This document shows positions 29,743-44,225 of a DNA stretch of 64,000 bases, piece by piece. This DNA is from Prorocentrum cordatum (Eukaryota), in the NCBI GenBank assembly GCA_963575745.1, contig CAUYUJ010000248.1:1-64000 (forward strand). Reading direction: 5' to 3'. The notes below the pieces were generated by a model. That model searched no databases, was not told where the DNA came from, and saw only the letters and a program-made list of their open reading frames with translations. The position numbers and the translations under genes are program-made. Every line of letters starts with the position of its first letter. The first letter of the stretch is position 1.

Positions 29743-29946
29743 GTGACTGCGACTGCCGTTGCCACTGCGACTGTCATCGCGAATGCGACTACGACTGCGA
29801 GAACAGCAGAATTCTACAACTGGATTCTCATCCGAATCTTAAGGGGAATGCTTCCAGATATGCTCCTACACATCGATGTTAGGTTGCTTTGCCGGGATAA
29901 GTTTCCTGGACTTGATGACAATCCAGCTCGAGACTCGCGGCACGGT

Positions 29947-32900
29947 GGCGGATCCAAGACGCCTACGGCGAATCACCGCCGCCCCCTGCTTTTTTGGAAG
30001 CGCCTATGTGGCGGAACGTTGAGGCCAGACCTGCCAAGCTATCGGACCATGTGTTCCCCGAATATGTTTGGAAAACCTTCGGGGAACACGTGGGCATGTT
30101 GAAGGTCATCTTGGCCGCCTGGATGCCATTTTGACTTTTTCGGGCCTTCTTGGAGGACGTCTTGGAGGGCTCGTGGGCCGTCTTGGAGGCCACCTTGAGC
30201 GTCTTGGGGGCCTCTTGGGCCGTCTCGGGGGCCTCTTGGGGCCGTCTTGGGCGCCTCTTGGGCCGTTCTGGGGACATCTTGGAGGCCTCTTGGGCGATCC
30301 TTGGGCGATCTTTGGGAGCTCTTGGGCCGTATCGGGCCGTCGGAAGGCCGAAACGAAGCAAATGTCAAAATCCTTCAAAAACCTTCGGGGAAATCACGCT
30401 TTTTGGCCTTCTCTGGCCTTCCTGGAGGCCCTCTTGGAGGCCTCTCGGGCCGTCTTGGGCCAGCTGCGAGCCACCTTCGGCCATCTTGGTGGGCTCCTGG
30501 CCCGTCTGACGCCGTCGGAAGCCGTTTCGGGGGGCTTTCTGGGCCGACTTGGGGCCCTCTTGGGGTGCTCCAGGGCCGTCTTAGAGGCCATCTTGGGCGT
30601 CTTGGAGGCCTCTTGGGCCGTCTTGGGGGCCTCTTGGGGCCGTCTTGGGGGCCTCTTGGGCCGTCATGGTGCCATCTTGGAGGCCTCTTGGGCGATCTTC
30701 GGGCGACCTTGGGGGCCTCTGGGGCCGTCACGGGCCGTCGGAAAGCCGAAAAGGCGCAAATACCAAAATCGTTCAAATACCAAAGGAAAATCAACGATTT
30801 TGTCCTCGTCGGGCCTTCCTGGAGTACCTCTTGGAGGCCTCTTGGGCCGTCTTGGAGGCCTCTTGCGGGCTTTTTGGGCCGTCTTGGACCATATTGAGGC
30901 CATCTTGGGCCGTCTTGGATGCATCTTGGGGCCAGCTTAGCCGTCTTGGAGGCCATCTTGGCTGTCTTGGAAGCATCTTGCAGGCCATCTTGGGCCATCT
31001 TCGCGATTTTATGAGGATGTCCCGAGCGAAACTGCCGTTTTGGGCGACGACAGGCGGGTTTTCCAGGTGGCCGGCGGGACGGGCCGAAGCCCCAGGGGGA
31101 GTTCTTGTGGAACAAGAACCGAAACCACAAACCATATAATTCCGCACGCCAGGCACCCCTTTGATAAATCAAAAGGGCGCGGCGGATATCGAAGACGCCT
31201 ACGGCGAATCACCGCCATCCCCTGCCTTTTTGGAAGCGCCTATGTAGCCGAACGTTGAGGCCAGACTTGCCAAGCTATCGGACCATGTGTTCTCCGAATC
31301 GGTTTGGAAAGCCTTCGGGGAACACGTGGGCATCTTGAAGGTCATTTTGGCCGTCTGGAGGCCATTTTGACCCTTTCGGGCCTTCTTGGAGGACGTCTTG
31401 GAGGGCTTGTGGGCCGTCTTGGATGCCATCTTGAGCGTCTTGGAGGCCTTTTGGGCCGTCTTGGGGGCCGCTTGGGGCTGTCTTGGGCGATCTTTGGGGG
31501 CACTTGGGCCGTCTCGGGCCGTCGGAAGGCCGAAAAAAAACAAATGCCACAATCCTTCAAAAACCCTTGGGACATCAATGTTTTTGGCCTTTTCGGGCCT
31601 TCCTGGAGGCTCTCTTGGAGGCCGTCTTGGGCCATCGTAGGGCCATGCTCGGCCGTCTTGGTGGGGGCCTATGTCGCTGGATGTTGTTGCCAGTGCCCTG
31701 CCAAACTGTGGGACCGTGTGTTCCCCGAATCGGTTTGGAAAGCGTTGGGGGAACACATGGGGGTGGACGGGGGAGAGGAGGAGAGTGAAGACAACTGAGA
31801 AGGGATGAAGATGCCTCTTGGGAGCCTCTTGAGGCACTCTTCGGCTCTATTGCGCCGTCTTCGCGATCTTGGAGACATTTCGAGACCCCCTTGGAGGCCG
31901 TATTGCGGCGATATTGGGTTCTCTTGAGGCCAGATTGGTTGTCGTCTACGTATCTTGGAGGTCATCTTGGCCATGTTGGCCGTCTTCGAGGCAGCTTGGG
32001 CGTCTGGGTGGCCATCTCGGCCGTCTTGGAGGATCTGTCGTGGACCTTGACGTCCTTCATGGTCTCCCCTGCCCCCCCTTGCCCCCTTGGAAGCGCCTCT
32101 GTGGCCGACAGCTGGGCCAGAGCTTGGCCAAGCTATCGGGCCAGTTGTTCCCCGAGTTGGTTTGGAAAGCCTTCGGGGAACGCGTCGGGGAGCAGGAGAA
32201 GGAGGATCTGGAGAGGGAGGGGGATGATGATTAGGATGAGGATGAGGATGAAAATGATGGGGGAGGAGGAGGAGGAGCAGGAGGAGGAGGAGGAGGACGA
32301 GGAGGAGAAGGAGGAGGACGAGGATGAGGAGAAGGAGGAGGCTGGAAGAGGAGGAGTAGGAGGAGGAGACCTCTTGGGAGGCCTCTTGGGAGGCCTCTGC
32401 GGAGCTTCTCGGGAGCCTCGTGGAGGCCTCATGGGAGCTTCCCCGGGCCTCTTGGGGGCCTCTTGGAGGTATTTGGGGGCTTCTTGGGAGCCTGACCCGC
32501 CGCCCAACGTCGTCGGAAGCCGTCTTGGGGCCTCTCTGAACCGACTTGGGGCCTTCTTGGGGCGCTTGGGGGCCGTCTTGGAGGCCATCTTCAGCGTCTT
32601 GGAGGCCTCTTGGCCCGTCTTGGGGCCCTCTTGGGGGCCTCTTGGGTCGTCACGGGGCCATCTTGGAGGCCTCTTGGGCGATCTTCGGGCGACCTTGGGG
32701 GCCTCTTGGGCCTTCTTGGGCTGTCGGAATGCCGAAAATGTGCGAATGCCGCAATCCCCCACTCCTTTAAAAACCTAGGGACAATCAATGAGTTTGGCCT
32801 CTTCGGGCCTTCCTGGAGGACCTCTTGGAGGCCTCGAGGGCCGTCTTGGAGGCCTCTTCGGGGCCTCTTGGATCGTCTTGGGCCAGCTTCAGGTCATCTA

Positions 32901-35900
32901 AGGCCGTCTTGGGTGCATATTGGGCCGTCTTAGAGGCATCTTGGGGCCATCGTAGCCGTCGTGGAGGCCATCTTGGCCGTCTTCTAGGCATCCTGGGACC
33001 ATCTTGGGCAATCTTGGCCGTCTTCGAGGCCATCGAAGGCGTCTTGGAGGCCTCTTGGGCCGTCTTGCGGCTCACTTGGGGCGGGCCTCTTGGACCGTCA
33101 TAGGGCCATCTTGGAGACCTCTTGGGCGATCTTCGGGCGACCTTGGGGGCCTCTTGGGCCGTCTTGGGCCGTCGGAAGGCCGAAAATGTGCAAATACCAA
33201 AATCCTTCAAAAACCTAAGGGGCATCAACGATTTTGGCCTCTTCGAGCCTTCCTGGAGGACCCCTTGGAGGCCTCTTTGGCCCGTCTTGGAGGCCTCTCG
33301 GGGGCCTCTCCGGCCCATCTAAGGCCGTCTTGGGTGCATCTTGGGCCGTCTTGGAGGCATCTGGGGGCCATCTTAGCCGTCCTGGAGGCCATCTTGGCCG
33401 TCTTGGAGGCATCTTGGAGGCAATCGTGGGCCATCTTGGCTATCTTGAAGGCTATCTTGGGCATCTTCGAGGCCTCTTGGGCCGTCTTAAGGGGCCGTCT
33501 TAAGGGGCCTCTTGGGCCGTCATGTGGCCATCTTGAAGGCCTCTTGGGCGATCTTGCAGCGACCTTTGGGGCCTCTTGGGCCGTCTTGGGCCGTCGGAAA
33601 GCCGAGCATGCGCAAATGCCAAAATCCTTCAAACATCTAAGGAACATCAATGATTTTGGCCTCTTCGGGCCTTCCTGGAGGACCTCTTGGAGGCCTCTTG
33701 GGCCGTCTTGGAGGCCTCTTGGGAGCCTCTTGGGCCGTTTTGGGCCATCTTGAGGCCATCTTAGGCCATCTTGGGTGCATCTTGGGCCATCTTGGAGGCA
33801 TCTTGGGGCCATCTTAGCCGTCTTGGAGGTCATCTTGGCCGTCTTGGAGGCCATCTTAGGCCGGCTTGGAGCCGTCTGGAACGGAAAAACCTTTTGCAAC
33901 CACCTCTGGAAGATCTTTCGGCGTCCTTCCGGGTGGCCGTCGGGGCGGGCCGAAACCCATTGGGAGAGTTCTTTTAGAAAAAGAACCAAAACCAAAACCG
34001 TAATAGTCTGGCACGCCAGGCACCCCTTTGATAAATCAAAAGGGGGCGGCGGATCGAAGACGCCTACGGCGAATCACCGCCGCCCCCTGCCTTTTTGGAA
34101 GCGCCGATGTGGCCGAACGTTGAGGCCAGACCTGCCAAGCCATCGGACCATGTGTTCCCCGAATCGGTTTGGAAATCCTTCGGGGAACACGTGGGCATCT
34201 TGAAGGTCATCTTGGCCGTCTTGGAGACCTCTTGGGCGATCTTTCGGCGATCTTTGGGGGCCGTCGGCAGGCCGAAAAGAAGGAAGTGTCAAAATCCGTC
34301 GACAACCTTAGGAAAATCAAGGTTTTTGGCCTTCTCTGGCCTTCCTGGAGGCCCTCTTGGGGGCATCTTGGGCCGTCTTGGGCCAGCTTCGAGCCAACTT
34401 CGGTCATCTTGGTGGGTTCCTGGCACGTCTGACGCCGTCGGAAGCCGTCTTGGGGGCCTTTCTGGGCCAACGGGGGACCCTCTTGGGGCGCTTCGGGGCT
34501 GTCTTGGAGGCCATCTTGGGCGTCTTGGAGGCCATCTTGGGCGTGTTGGAGGCCTCTTGGGCCGTCTTGGGGCCCTCTTGGGGCCATCTTGGAGGCCACT
34601 TGGGCCGTCATGGGGCCCTCTTGGGGGCCTCTTGGGCGAGTTTGGGGGCCTCTTGGGCCGTCTTGAGCCGTCGGAATGCCGAGAAGAAGCAAATTCCCAA
34701 ATCCTTCAAAAACTTAGGGGAAATGATTTTGGCCTCTTCGGGCCCTCCTGGAGGACCTCTTGGAGGCCTCTTGGGCCGTCTTGGAGGCCTCTGGGGGGCC
34801 TCTTGGGCCTTCTTGGGCCGTCTTGGACTCTCTTGGGCCGTCTTGGAGGCATCTGAAAGCCATCTTAGCCGTCTTGGAGGCCATCCTGGCCGTCTTGGAG
34901 GCATCTTGGAGGCCATCTTGGAGCCGTCTTCGGCAGGAAATTTGGGAGTTGAGGTCCTTGGCAATCCTCTGGGTACCCTGGCGGGGCGGGCCGAAACCCA
35001 TTGGGAGAGTTCTTTTGGAAAAAGAGCCAAAACCAAAACCGTAATAGTCTGGCACGCCAGGCACCCCTGCGATGAATCGACAGGGGGCGGCGGATCGAAG
35101 ACGCCTACGGCGAATCACCGCCGCCCCCTGCCTTTTTGGAAGCGCCGATGTGGCCGACCGTTGAGGCCAGACCTGCCAAGCTATCGGACCATGTGTTCCC
35201 CGAATCGGTTTGGAAAGCCTTCGGGGAACACGTGGGCATCTTGAAGGTCATCTTGGCAGTCTGGAGGCCATGTTGACCCTTTCGGGCCTTCTTGGAGGAC
35301 GTCTTGGAGGGCTCTTGGGCCGTCTTGGAGGCCATCTTGAGCGTCTTGGAGACCTCTTGGGCCGTCTTGGGGGCCTCTTGGGGCCGTGTCTTGGGCCTCT
35401 TGGGCGATCTTTGGGGGCACTTGGGCCGTCTCGGGCCGTCGGAAGGCAGAAATAACGCAAATGCCACAATCCTTCAAAACCCATGGGAAATCAACGATTT
35501 TGGCCTTTTCGGGCCTTCCTGGGGGCCCTCTTGGAGGCCTCTTGGGCCGTCTTGGGCAATCTTAGGGCCATGTTCGGCCGTCTTGGTGGGCTCCTGGTCC
35601 GTCTGACGCCGTCGGAAGCCGTTTGGGGGGCCTCTCTGAGTCGACTTGTGGCCCTCTTGGAATGCTCCAGGGCCGTCTTGGAGGCCATCTTGGGCGTCTT
35701 AAAGGCCTCCTGTGCCATCTTGGGGGCCTCTTGGGGCCCTCTTGGGCCGTTCCGGGGCCATCTTGGAGGCCTCTTGGGCGATCTTTCCGAAAAGAAGCAA
35801 CTTTCAAAATCCGTCAAACACCTCAGGAAACTCCATGTTTTTGGCCTCTTCTGGCCTTCCTGGAAGCCCTCTTGGGGGCCTTTTGGGCCGTCTTGGGCCA

Positions 35901-36120
35901 GCTTCGAGCCAATTTCGGCTATCTTGGTGGGTTCCTGGTACGTCTGACACCGTCGGGAGCAGTCTTGGGGGCCTTTCTGGGCCGACTTGGGGCCCTCGTG
36001 GGGCGCTTCGGGGCCGTCTTGGGGCCATCTTGGGCGTCGTGGAGGCCATCTTGGGCGTGTTGGAGGCCTCTTGGGCCGTCTTGGGGCCCTCTTGGGGCCG
36101 TCTTGGGCCCCAAGACGGCC
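29947..36120. mobile_element. Head-to-tail array of a non-autonomous hairpin-ended repeat family with GGCCGTCTTGG-rich interior
   Basis: Junction GGCGGAT|..AAGACGCCTACGGCGAATCACCGCC at ~29953, 31187, 34054, 35095. Confidence 0.7.
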
Positions 36121-37624
36121 CAATAAGTTGTGAAAGCGCCCCACGAGGACCCCGAATCCCCTAAGAGGCAACAGTCAGCAACCTCACTAGGGCTTAAACC
36201 TTTTGTTGCATGCTCGCCTTTTGTTGACCTCAGAACGCCCAACACGGCCCAAGAGATCCCCAGGATCGCGCCAAGAATGACCAAAATGGCACCCAGAGAG
36301 TCCCAAGACAGCCCAAGAGCAGCCCAGCTGAGCCCGAGGACGTTCGAAACAGGCTCTTGGAGAGGCTCAAGACTTGTCGAGAGCTCCAGAACGGCACAAG
36401 AAGTGCTAGAAGTGATCCGAGACGACCCCAAGGTATCCCCAATACGGCATCGAGTGGTCCCTCACTGCTCAAGAGCGCCCGCCCCCAGACGGCCTTCTCA
36501 GTCCCCAAGACAGCCCGAGAGGGTCCTAAAGGAGGCTTCCACGAGCCACAAGGCAGCCCTTCACCCTGGAACGACTCGGACCGCATTTGCTCCCTGAGTC
36601 GTCCTATGAGCACGTCGGCGAATCAGAATTGAACCGCACCTTTGCGAGCTTTACGTGATTCATCGGTCACAAGTGCTTCGCCGTTCCACATGTGTAGGAG
36701 GTGGCGGTGATTCGCTGTGAGCGTCTTCGATTACACCATGTTCGGCGGGCTCGTGTTTTAATTATTGAATATCGAGCCCGGGTGCTGATGCTGTAAATGT
36801 TGATGCCAACGCGAGGATTGCATCCCTGAGAGTCAAGACGTTGGGATGAGGTACGCCTTCGCTTCGAAAGGGTCTCTCGACGTTCCTCGGGTCCTTCCAC
36901 GGGTCTTCCCCTGGTGTTCCTCGCGCGTCTGCGCGCCACTGAGGCCCCACAGAGGGCTTCATTCTCTATCCAAGGTTCCTTCTGGCAAAACCTTGACTTC
37001 ATTGAACCGCTTCGCTCATTCCGCCAGCCCATGTCGCACCACGGTTGCAAACTGTTGTTGGTTTGCCCATGGCGGGCGAGACGGAGGACAGGGGACTCGG
37101 TAGGGGAGTGGGCTGGGCTTCGCTCTCTATCCGAGGTTCCATCTAGCAAAACCTTGGCTTATCATTCCCGCCCCGTCCATATCCCAAGTGGCGGCGGTGT
37201 CCATACCCGTCCATGCCCCGCTCGGGGGAGGTCCCCGTGGCGGCGGCGTCCATACCCGTCCATGCCTGTCCATACCCCAAGTGGCGGCGGCGCTCGTGCC
37301 CGTCCATGCCCGTCCTCTTCCTGACCCCGTCCATACCCCACTCGGGGGAGGTCTCCCCCCCGAGTGGTGGCGACCTCCTCCTGCCCGCCGCTCGGCCGCC
37401 CCCGGCCGCGCAGGAGGTGCGAGCAGAACAGACGGAAGCCGAAGCTAACTTGCAGCGAAGCAGGCTCGCCGAAGCCCGCTGCGAGCTGACGCTTCGCCGC
37501 CAGCCTCAGCTGGAAGGAGAGAAGGGGCGTTGCTTGCACAGTCGGTCTAGCGCCCAAGATGGATCTGGCCAGGGCGGGTAATGATGGCCAGTCCTGGCCC
37601 CCTGTCGTCCCGATGTTTTTTTTT

Positions 37625-37986
<362 letters not shown>

Positions 37987-38372
37987 GGGTCCCCCCAGAG
38001 CGCTCGACCCCTTCCCTGGGGCTGGTGTCTCGTCCCGCGCCGCGTTTTGGAGGGCCCGACGCCCGAAACGGGACCCCAGGGGCCGAGAACCGCGCAAGAG
38101 CTGCCCAGGGCCCCCCTGGGGCCGAGATCGAGCGGCGAAATCTAAACGTGTCCACTGCCCCCTGGCCGCGCCATTCCTGGGCCCAGGAGCTGTGTGGTGC
38201 GCTTTCCTGGCCAGGCCAGGAGGCCGTGGCGTGCGATGGCGTGCACACCGCTGCTGGGTGCAGAGGATGGGCTTGACCAAGGAGCAATGGAGAAGGAGTA
38301 GGAGGAGGGGGAGGAGGAGGAAGAAGACGAGGAGGAGGAGGAGGGACAAGAGGGAGGAGGTGGAGGAGGAGG

Positions 38373-38472
38373 NNNNNNNNNNNNNNNNNNNNNNNNNNNN
38401 NNNNNNNNNNNNNNNNNNNNNNNNNNNNNNNNNNNNNNNNNNNNNNNNNNNNNNNNNNNNNNNNNNNNNNNN
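38373..38472. other. Assembly gap (100 N)
   Basis: Run of n. Confidence 1.
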
Positions 38473-38575
38473 GGAGGAGGAGGAAGAGGAGGAGGAGGAG
38501 GTGGGAGAAGATGGAGGAGGAGGAGGAGGAGGAGGCGGAGGAGCAACAACAACAACAGCAACAACAACAACAGCT

Positions 38576-39376
38576 ATTACTAGCACGTGGGGACACTCCG
38601 TTCTCACCAGTGCCAGGGTTTTCATAGGAGGCGGGCAATACCCCCACTTTGTGGGGGGGCCGGTTCAAGCTCTACCAAATTTCCAAACGACTCGTCGCCA
38701 CCACCCACACCCAGCTTCCCGCCCTATGACGTTCGGACACTTCACTTCGTGGCATGCGGACGACCGTGGCGACTATTCAGGGCCCCGCGGCCGACGACGA
38801 CGGCGTGCGCGCGCGAAGAAAAAACGAATGTGTCCCGCATGGTATGATTTGACAGGGATGATGGCCCTGGCAGGTGCGCAACCGTTGTTGGAGAAGTTCG
38901 AAGCACGTGAAAAAGTTGCTCGCAAAAGCCCGTTTGACAGAAATGTTTAAAAAGTGTTGGGTTTCCTACAAATCCGCAAGAGCGCGCGGGATGAAATTTT
39001 GACACTTTTTTTTTTTTTGAAAAACCATTGATTTTTTGATGTTTTTATGTTAAAATCGCTACGAACACTAAGGTTTTGGAAGGATTTCGTCTTGCGCGCG
39101 CGAATGTCCACTTTACCTTATTTTTTGCAAGGGATTCTTGAAGTTTGGTTATGTTGGAACAAGAAATGTCCACTTTAGCTTATTTTTTGCAAGGGAAAAC
39201 CGATCGTAACAACACAACCGGATCTGGATCACATCGTTTTACCTGAGACTTCCTCACGAAAATGATGAAAATGTGGCTGCGGCCTAGGCGCGGCGGGGGG
39301 GGCGCGCACCAGGGGTCCCAACAATAATTATTCTTAAGAAGAAATAATGTTCAACAACACCAACAACCACAATTAT

Positions 39377-39415
<39 letters not shown>

Positions 39416-40567
39416 CATTTTACCCGAACGCTCAGTGTTCTCACCAGTGCCAGGGTTTTCATGCGACGCGAGACAATACCCCCACTTCGTGGGGGGGCAG
39501 TTCAAGCTCTACCAAATATCCAAACGACTCTTCGCGACCACCCAAACCCAGCTTCCCGCCCTATGACGTTGGGACACTTCACTTCGTGGCGTGCGGACGA
39601 CTGTGGCTACTACACTGGCGTGGGGTACACACCCACAGAACTTGGTCACTTATTCGGGGCGCGCGTGTGCCCAGCATCCTGCAATTGTGACATACAATAC
39701 ATGACACAGACAGACAGAGAGAGAGACAGAGAGCAGACAGAGAGAGAGACAGAGAGAGCGGAGTTGGTCACATTTTTTGGGCAAGTTCCTGAGATCGTCG
39801 TGTTTTTTGTTGGTCTTGCGCGCGCGAATGTCCACTTTACTTTTTTTGCAAGGGATGTTGAAATTTGATTATGTAAGAACAAGAAAAAGTAGCTCGCGCG
39901 AGCTTATGTAACATAAATGTTGAAAAACCATTGGTTTTGTGGGAGTCGGACAGCGCGCGCGGGATGAAATTTGGACATTTTTTTTTGAAAAACCATGGGC
40001 TTTTTGATGTTTTTATGTTGAAATCGTTACGAAACCTAAGGTTCTGGAAGGATTTCGTCTTGCGCGCGCGAATGTCCACTTTACCTTATTTTTTGCAAGG
40101 GATTATTGAAATTTGATTATGTTAGAACAAGAAAAAGTAGCTCGCGCGAGCTCATGTAACATAAATGTTGAAAAAACCATTGGTTTTGTGGGATTCGGAC
40201 AGCGCGCGCGGAAGGACATTTTGACAATTTTTTCTTAAAAAACCATTGGGTTTTTGATGTTTTTATGTTAAAATCGCTACGAAACCTAAGGTTTTGGAAG
40301 GATTTCGTCTTGCGCGCACGAATGTCCACTTACCTTATTTTTTGCAAGGGATTCTTGCAATTTGATCAAGTAAGAACAAGAATTTACATTTTATAGTGTT
40401 TTTTGCAAGGGAAAACGGAGTACAACAAAAAACCGGATCCGGTAACAATCCACTTTTCTGAAGCTTTCGCGAAAAAATGATGAAAATGTAGCTGCGGCCT
40501 AGGCGCGGCGCAGAGGTCGCGCACCAGGGGTCCCAACAATAATAATTCTTTAGAAGGAATAATATTC

Positions 40568-40615
<48 letters not shown>

Positions 40616-42670
40616 TACTAGCACGTGGGGACACACCGTTCTCACCAGTGCCAGGGTTTTTCATAGGAGGCGGGCAATACCCCCACTTTGTGGGGGGGCC
40701 GGTTCAAGCTCTACCAAATTTCCAAACGACTCTTCGCCACCACCCACACCCAGCTTCACGCCCTATGACGTTCGGACACTTCACTTCGTGGCATGCGGAC
40801 GACCGTGGCTACTATTCAGGGCCCCGCGGCCGACGACGACGGCGTGCGCGCGAAGAAAAAACGAATGTGTCCCGCATGGTATTATTTGACAGGGATGATG
40901 GCCCTGGCAGGTGCGCAACCGTTGGTGCAGAAGTTCGAAAAAGTTGCTCGCAAAAGCCCGTTTGACAGAAATGTTTAAAAAGTGTTGGGTTTCCTACGAA
41001 TCCGCAAGAGCGCGCGGGATGAAATTTTGACATTTTTTTTTGAAAAACCATTGGTTTTTTGATGTTCTTATGTTAAAATCGCTACGAAAACTAAGGTTTT
41101 GGACGGATTTCGTCTTGCGCGCGCGAATGTCCACTTTACCTTATTTGTTGCAAGGGATTCTTGAAATTTGGTTATGTTAGAACAAGAAATGTCCACTTGA
41201 GCTTATTGTTTGCAAGGGAAAACGGGGGACAACAAAACAACCGGATCCGGACACCCACGTTTTGCCTGAGACTTCCTCACGAAAATAATGAAAATGTGGC
41301 TGCGGCCTAGGCGCGGCGAGGGGGCCGCGCACCAGGGGCCCCAACAATAATTATTCTTTAGAATAAATAATGTTCAACAACAACAACAACAGCAACAACA
41401 ACAACAACAATCAGTTTAAGGCTGTTCGCTCTTACTTGCCCGCGTGCCATGCAACGTGTATACCCACGCCCTCGATACCCGCCCCCTTCGTCTTCGAGCG
41501 CACCCCCTTCTGGGGGGATTCTTTCTTTTTGCGGGGGCGGGCGGGCTTAGACAAGCGGGCGTGAACGGGCGGGGAATTATTCGGAGGATGGGGCACGCAT
41601 CTCTTTGCCCACCATTGGAATTAGCGCGGGCCCTGCAAGAAAGGAAGGGGGAGAACGAGGGAGAGTGGGAGGAAGGGAGGGGGAGGGACGAGGCTAAAGG
41701 GGAACACGCCAGGAGAGAGGGGGCGAGGAGGGGGGGGGGGACGATTGGAGATAGAGAGACAGAGGAGGGAGGAAGGAGGAGGCTGGAGAGGGGAGGGCGA
41801 AGAGAGGAGGGAGGAGGGTTATGGGAGGAGGGTGAGGGGAGAGAGGGAGAGGGAGGAGGAGGGTGGATATGAGAGAGAGGGGAGGGAGGAGGGAGGTTGG
41901 ATGGGGAGGAAGGGGCAAGAGGGTAAAGAGTGTGAGCGTTCGAGGAAGTCCTAGGCGAGGGCGTATTCCTTAAGGAAGAGTTGGGCGGGAGCGGGGGTCC
42001 CGAGTACATTGTCGGACGTCTCAGGCGGGAGCGCCGGTCGGGCGGGCGGACCCTGACGGGCGGGTCGGGCGGGCGGGACATTCGAACGGGATTTTTGCGT
42101 AAATTGCGAGGAAGTATTAAGCGAGAGCGCGATTCCTAAGTAAATTGCGAGGGCGTCCTTGGCGCGAGCGTGGTTCCTGAGCGTCGAGAACGCGATGCTG
42201 CAATGAATTGCGAGGATGTCCTAAGCGAGAGCGCCATTCCTGAGTAAATTATGAGGAAGTCTCGGGCGGGAGCAGGGGTCCTGATTAAGGAAGTCTCAAG
42301 CGGGAGCGCCGTTTCTGAGTAAAATGTGAGAAAGGCTGAAGCGGGAGCGCCCTTCCAGAGTAAATTTTGAGGAAGTCTCAGGCGGGAGCGGGGGTCCTGA
42401 GTAAATTGTGAGGAAGTCTCAGGCGGGAACCGTTGTTGTTGTTGTAGTCCGGGGCCCAACAACGCAATCTGATCCGCAAGGCTTTCCCTGTCAAAAAACA
42501 GGGAGCGAGCCCCGAAGGAAGCACTTCAATTAAAAGAAACAATGGGCACTGGACAGGGGGGATCAACAATAATTATTCTTCAGAAATGAGAGTTCATCAG
42601 CAGCAACAACAACAACAGCAACAGCACCAGCAACAGCAACAGCAACAACAACAACAACAACAACAACAAC

Positions 42671-42702
<32 letters not shown>

Positions 42703-43509
42703 CACCAACACCAACACCAACACCACCAACAACAACAACAACAACAATTACTAGCACGTGGGGACACTCCGTTCTCACCAGTGCCAGGGTTTTCATAGGA
42801 GGCGGGCAATACCCCCACTTTGTGGGGGGGCCGGTTCAAGCGCTACCAAATTTCCAAACGACTCTTCGCCACCACCCACACCCAGCTTCCCGCCCTATGA
42901 CGTTCGGACACTTCACTTCGTGGCATTCGGACGACCGTGGCTACTATTCAGGGCCCCGCGGCCGACGACGACGGCGTGCGCGCGCGAAGAAAAAACGAAT
43001 GTGTCCCGCATGGTATTATTTGACAGGGATGATGGCCCTGGCAGGTGCGCAACCGTTGTCGCAGAAGTTCGAACAAGTTGCTCGCAAAAGCCCGATTGAC
43101 AGAAATGTTTAAAAAGTGTTGGGTTTCCTACGAATCCGCAAGAGCGCGCGGGATGAGATTTTGACAATTTTTTGTTGACAAACCATTGGTTTTTTTGATG
43201 TTTTTATGTTAAAATCGCTGCGAACACTAAGGTTTTGGAAGGATTTCGTCTTGCGCGCGCGAATGTCCACTTTACCTAATTTTTTGCAAGGGATTCTTGA
43301 AAATTGATTATATTAGAACAAGAAATGTCATTTTCTATTGTTTTTTGCAAGGGAAAGCGGATTACAACAAAACAACCGGATCCTGTACACACCCTCTTTT
43401 CTGAGGCTTCCTCACGAAAATGATGAAAATGTAGCTGCGGCCTAGGCGGCGCAGGGGGGGCGCGCACCAGGGGGCCCAACAATAATTATTCTTTAGAATA
43501 AATAATGTT
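38576..43509. mobile_element. Cluster of four ~770-bp non-coding elements each bordered by (CAA)n (38576-39351, 39421-40566, 40614-41374, 42747-43509)
   Basis: Shared start ATTACTAGCACGTGGGGACAC (variant in copy 2) and shared end CCCAACAATAATTATTCTT..GAA..AATAATGTT. Confidence 0.8.
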
Positions 43510-43513
43510 CAAC

Positions 43514-44225
43514 AGGAGGAGGAGGAGAAGGAGGAGGGGGAAGAGGTGGAGGAGGAGGAGGAGGAGCAGGAGGAGGAGGAGGAAGAGGATGATGAGGAGG
43601 AGCAGATGAGTAGGAGGGAGGAGGAGAGGATGAGAGGAGGAGGAGGAAGACGAGGAGTAGGAGAAGAGGACGATGAGGAGGAAGGAGGGACAAGAGTGAG
43701 GAGATGGAGGAGTAGGATAGGAGCAGGAGGAGAGAGGAGTTGAAATGAGGAGGGAGAAGACGGAGGAGGGATGAGAGGGAGGAGGAGGTGGAGGGACAGA
43801 GGGAGGAGGAGGAGGAGGAGAGGAGGATGAAATAACAGGATGAGGTGGGAGGAGGAAGAGGAGCCCCAAACCAGGAGGACGCGGACGAGAAAGGAGGAGG
43901 AGAGGAGGGAGGAAGGAGAGGAGGAGGAGGAGGTGGGAGGAGGAGAGGAGGAGAAGAATCATATGAAGAATAAGCATGAAAAGACGAGGATGAGGACGAG
44001 GGAAGAAGAAGGAGGAGGAGGAGGAAAATGGAGGAGGAGGAAGAAGAAGAGGAGGAGGAGGAGGAGAAGAGGAGGAGGTGACAAGAGGTCGGAGGTGCAG
44101 GAGGAGGAGGGGAAGGAGCGGAGGAGGAGGAGGATAGGGAGGAGGAGGAGGAGAGGAGGGGGAGGTATAGGAATGAGGAGAGGAGGAGGAGAGAGGAGGA
44201 GGAGGGGGAGGAGGTTGGAGGAGGA
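43514..44225. repeat. (GGA)n purine-rich degenerate microsatellite
   Basis: Direct reading. Confidence 0.92.

Noticed and set aside
27705..29777. 690-aa SA/PQ/SL ORF
   Set aside because: Product of the GCTGAG hexamer and 73-bp arrays
30068..36171. Many overlapping LGRLGG/WAVL ORFs
   Set aside because: Stop-poor degenerate 11-bp repeat; no domain motifs
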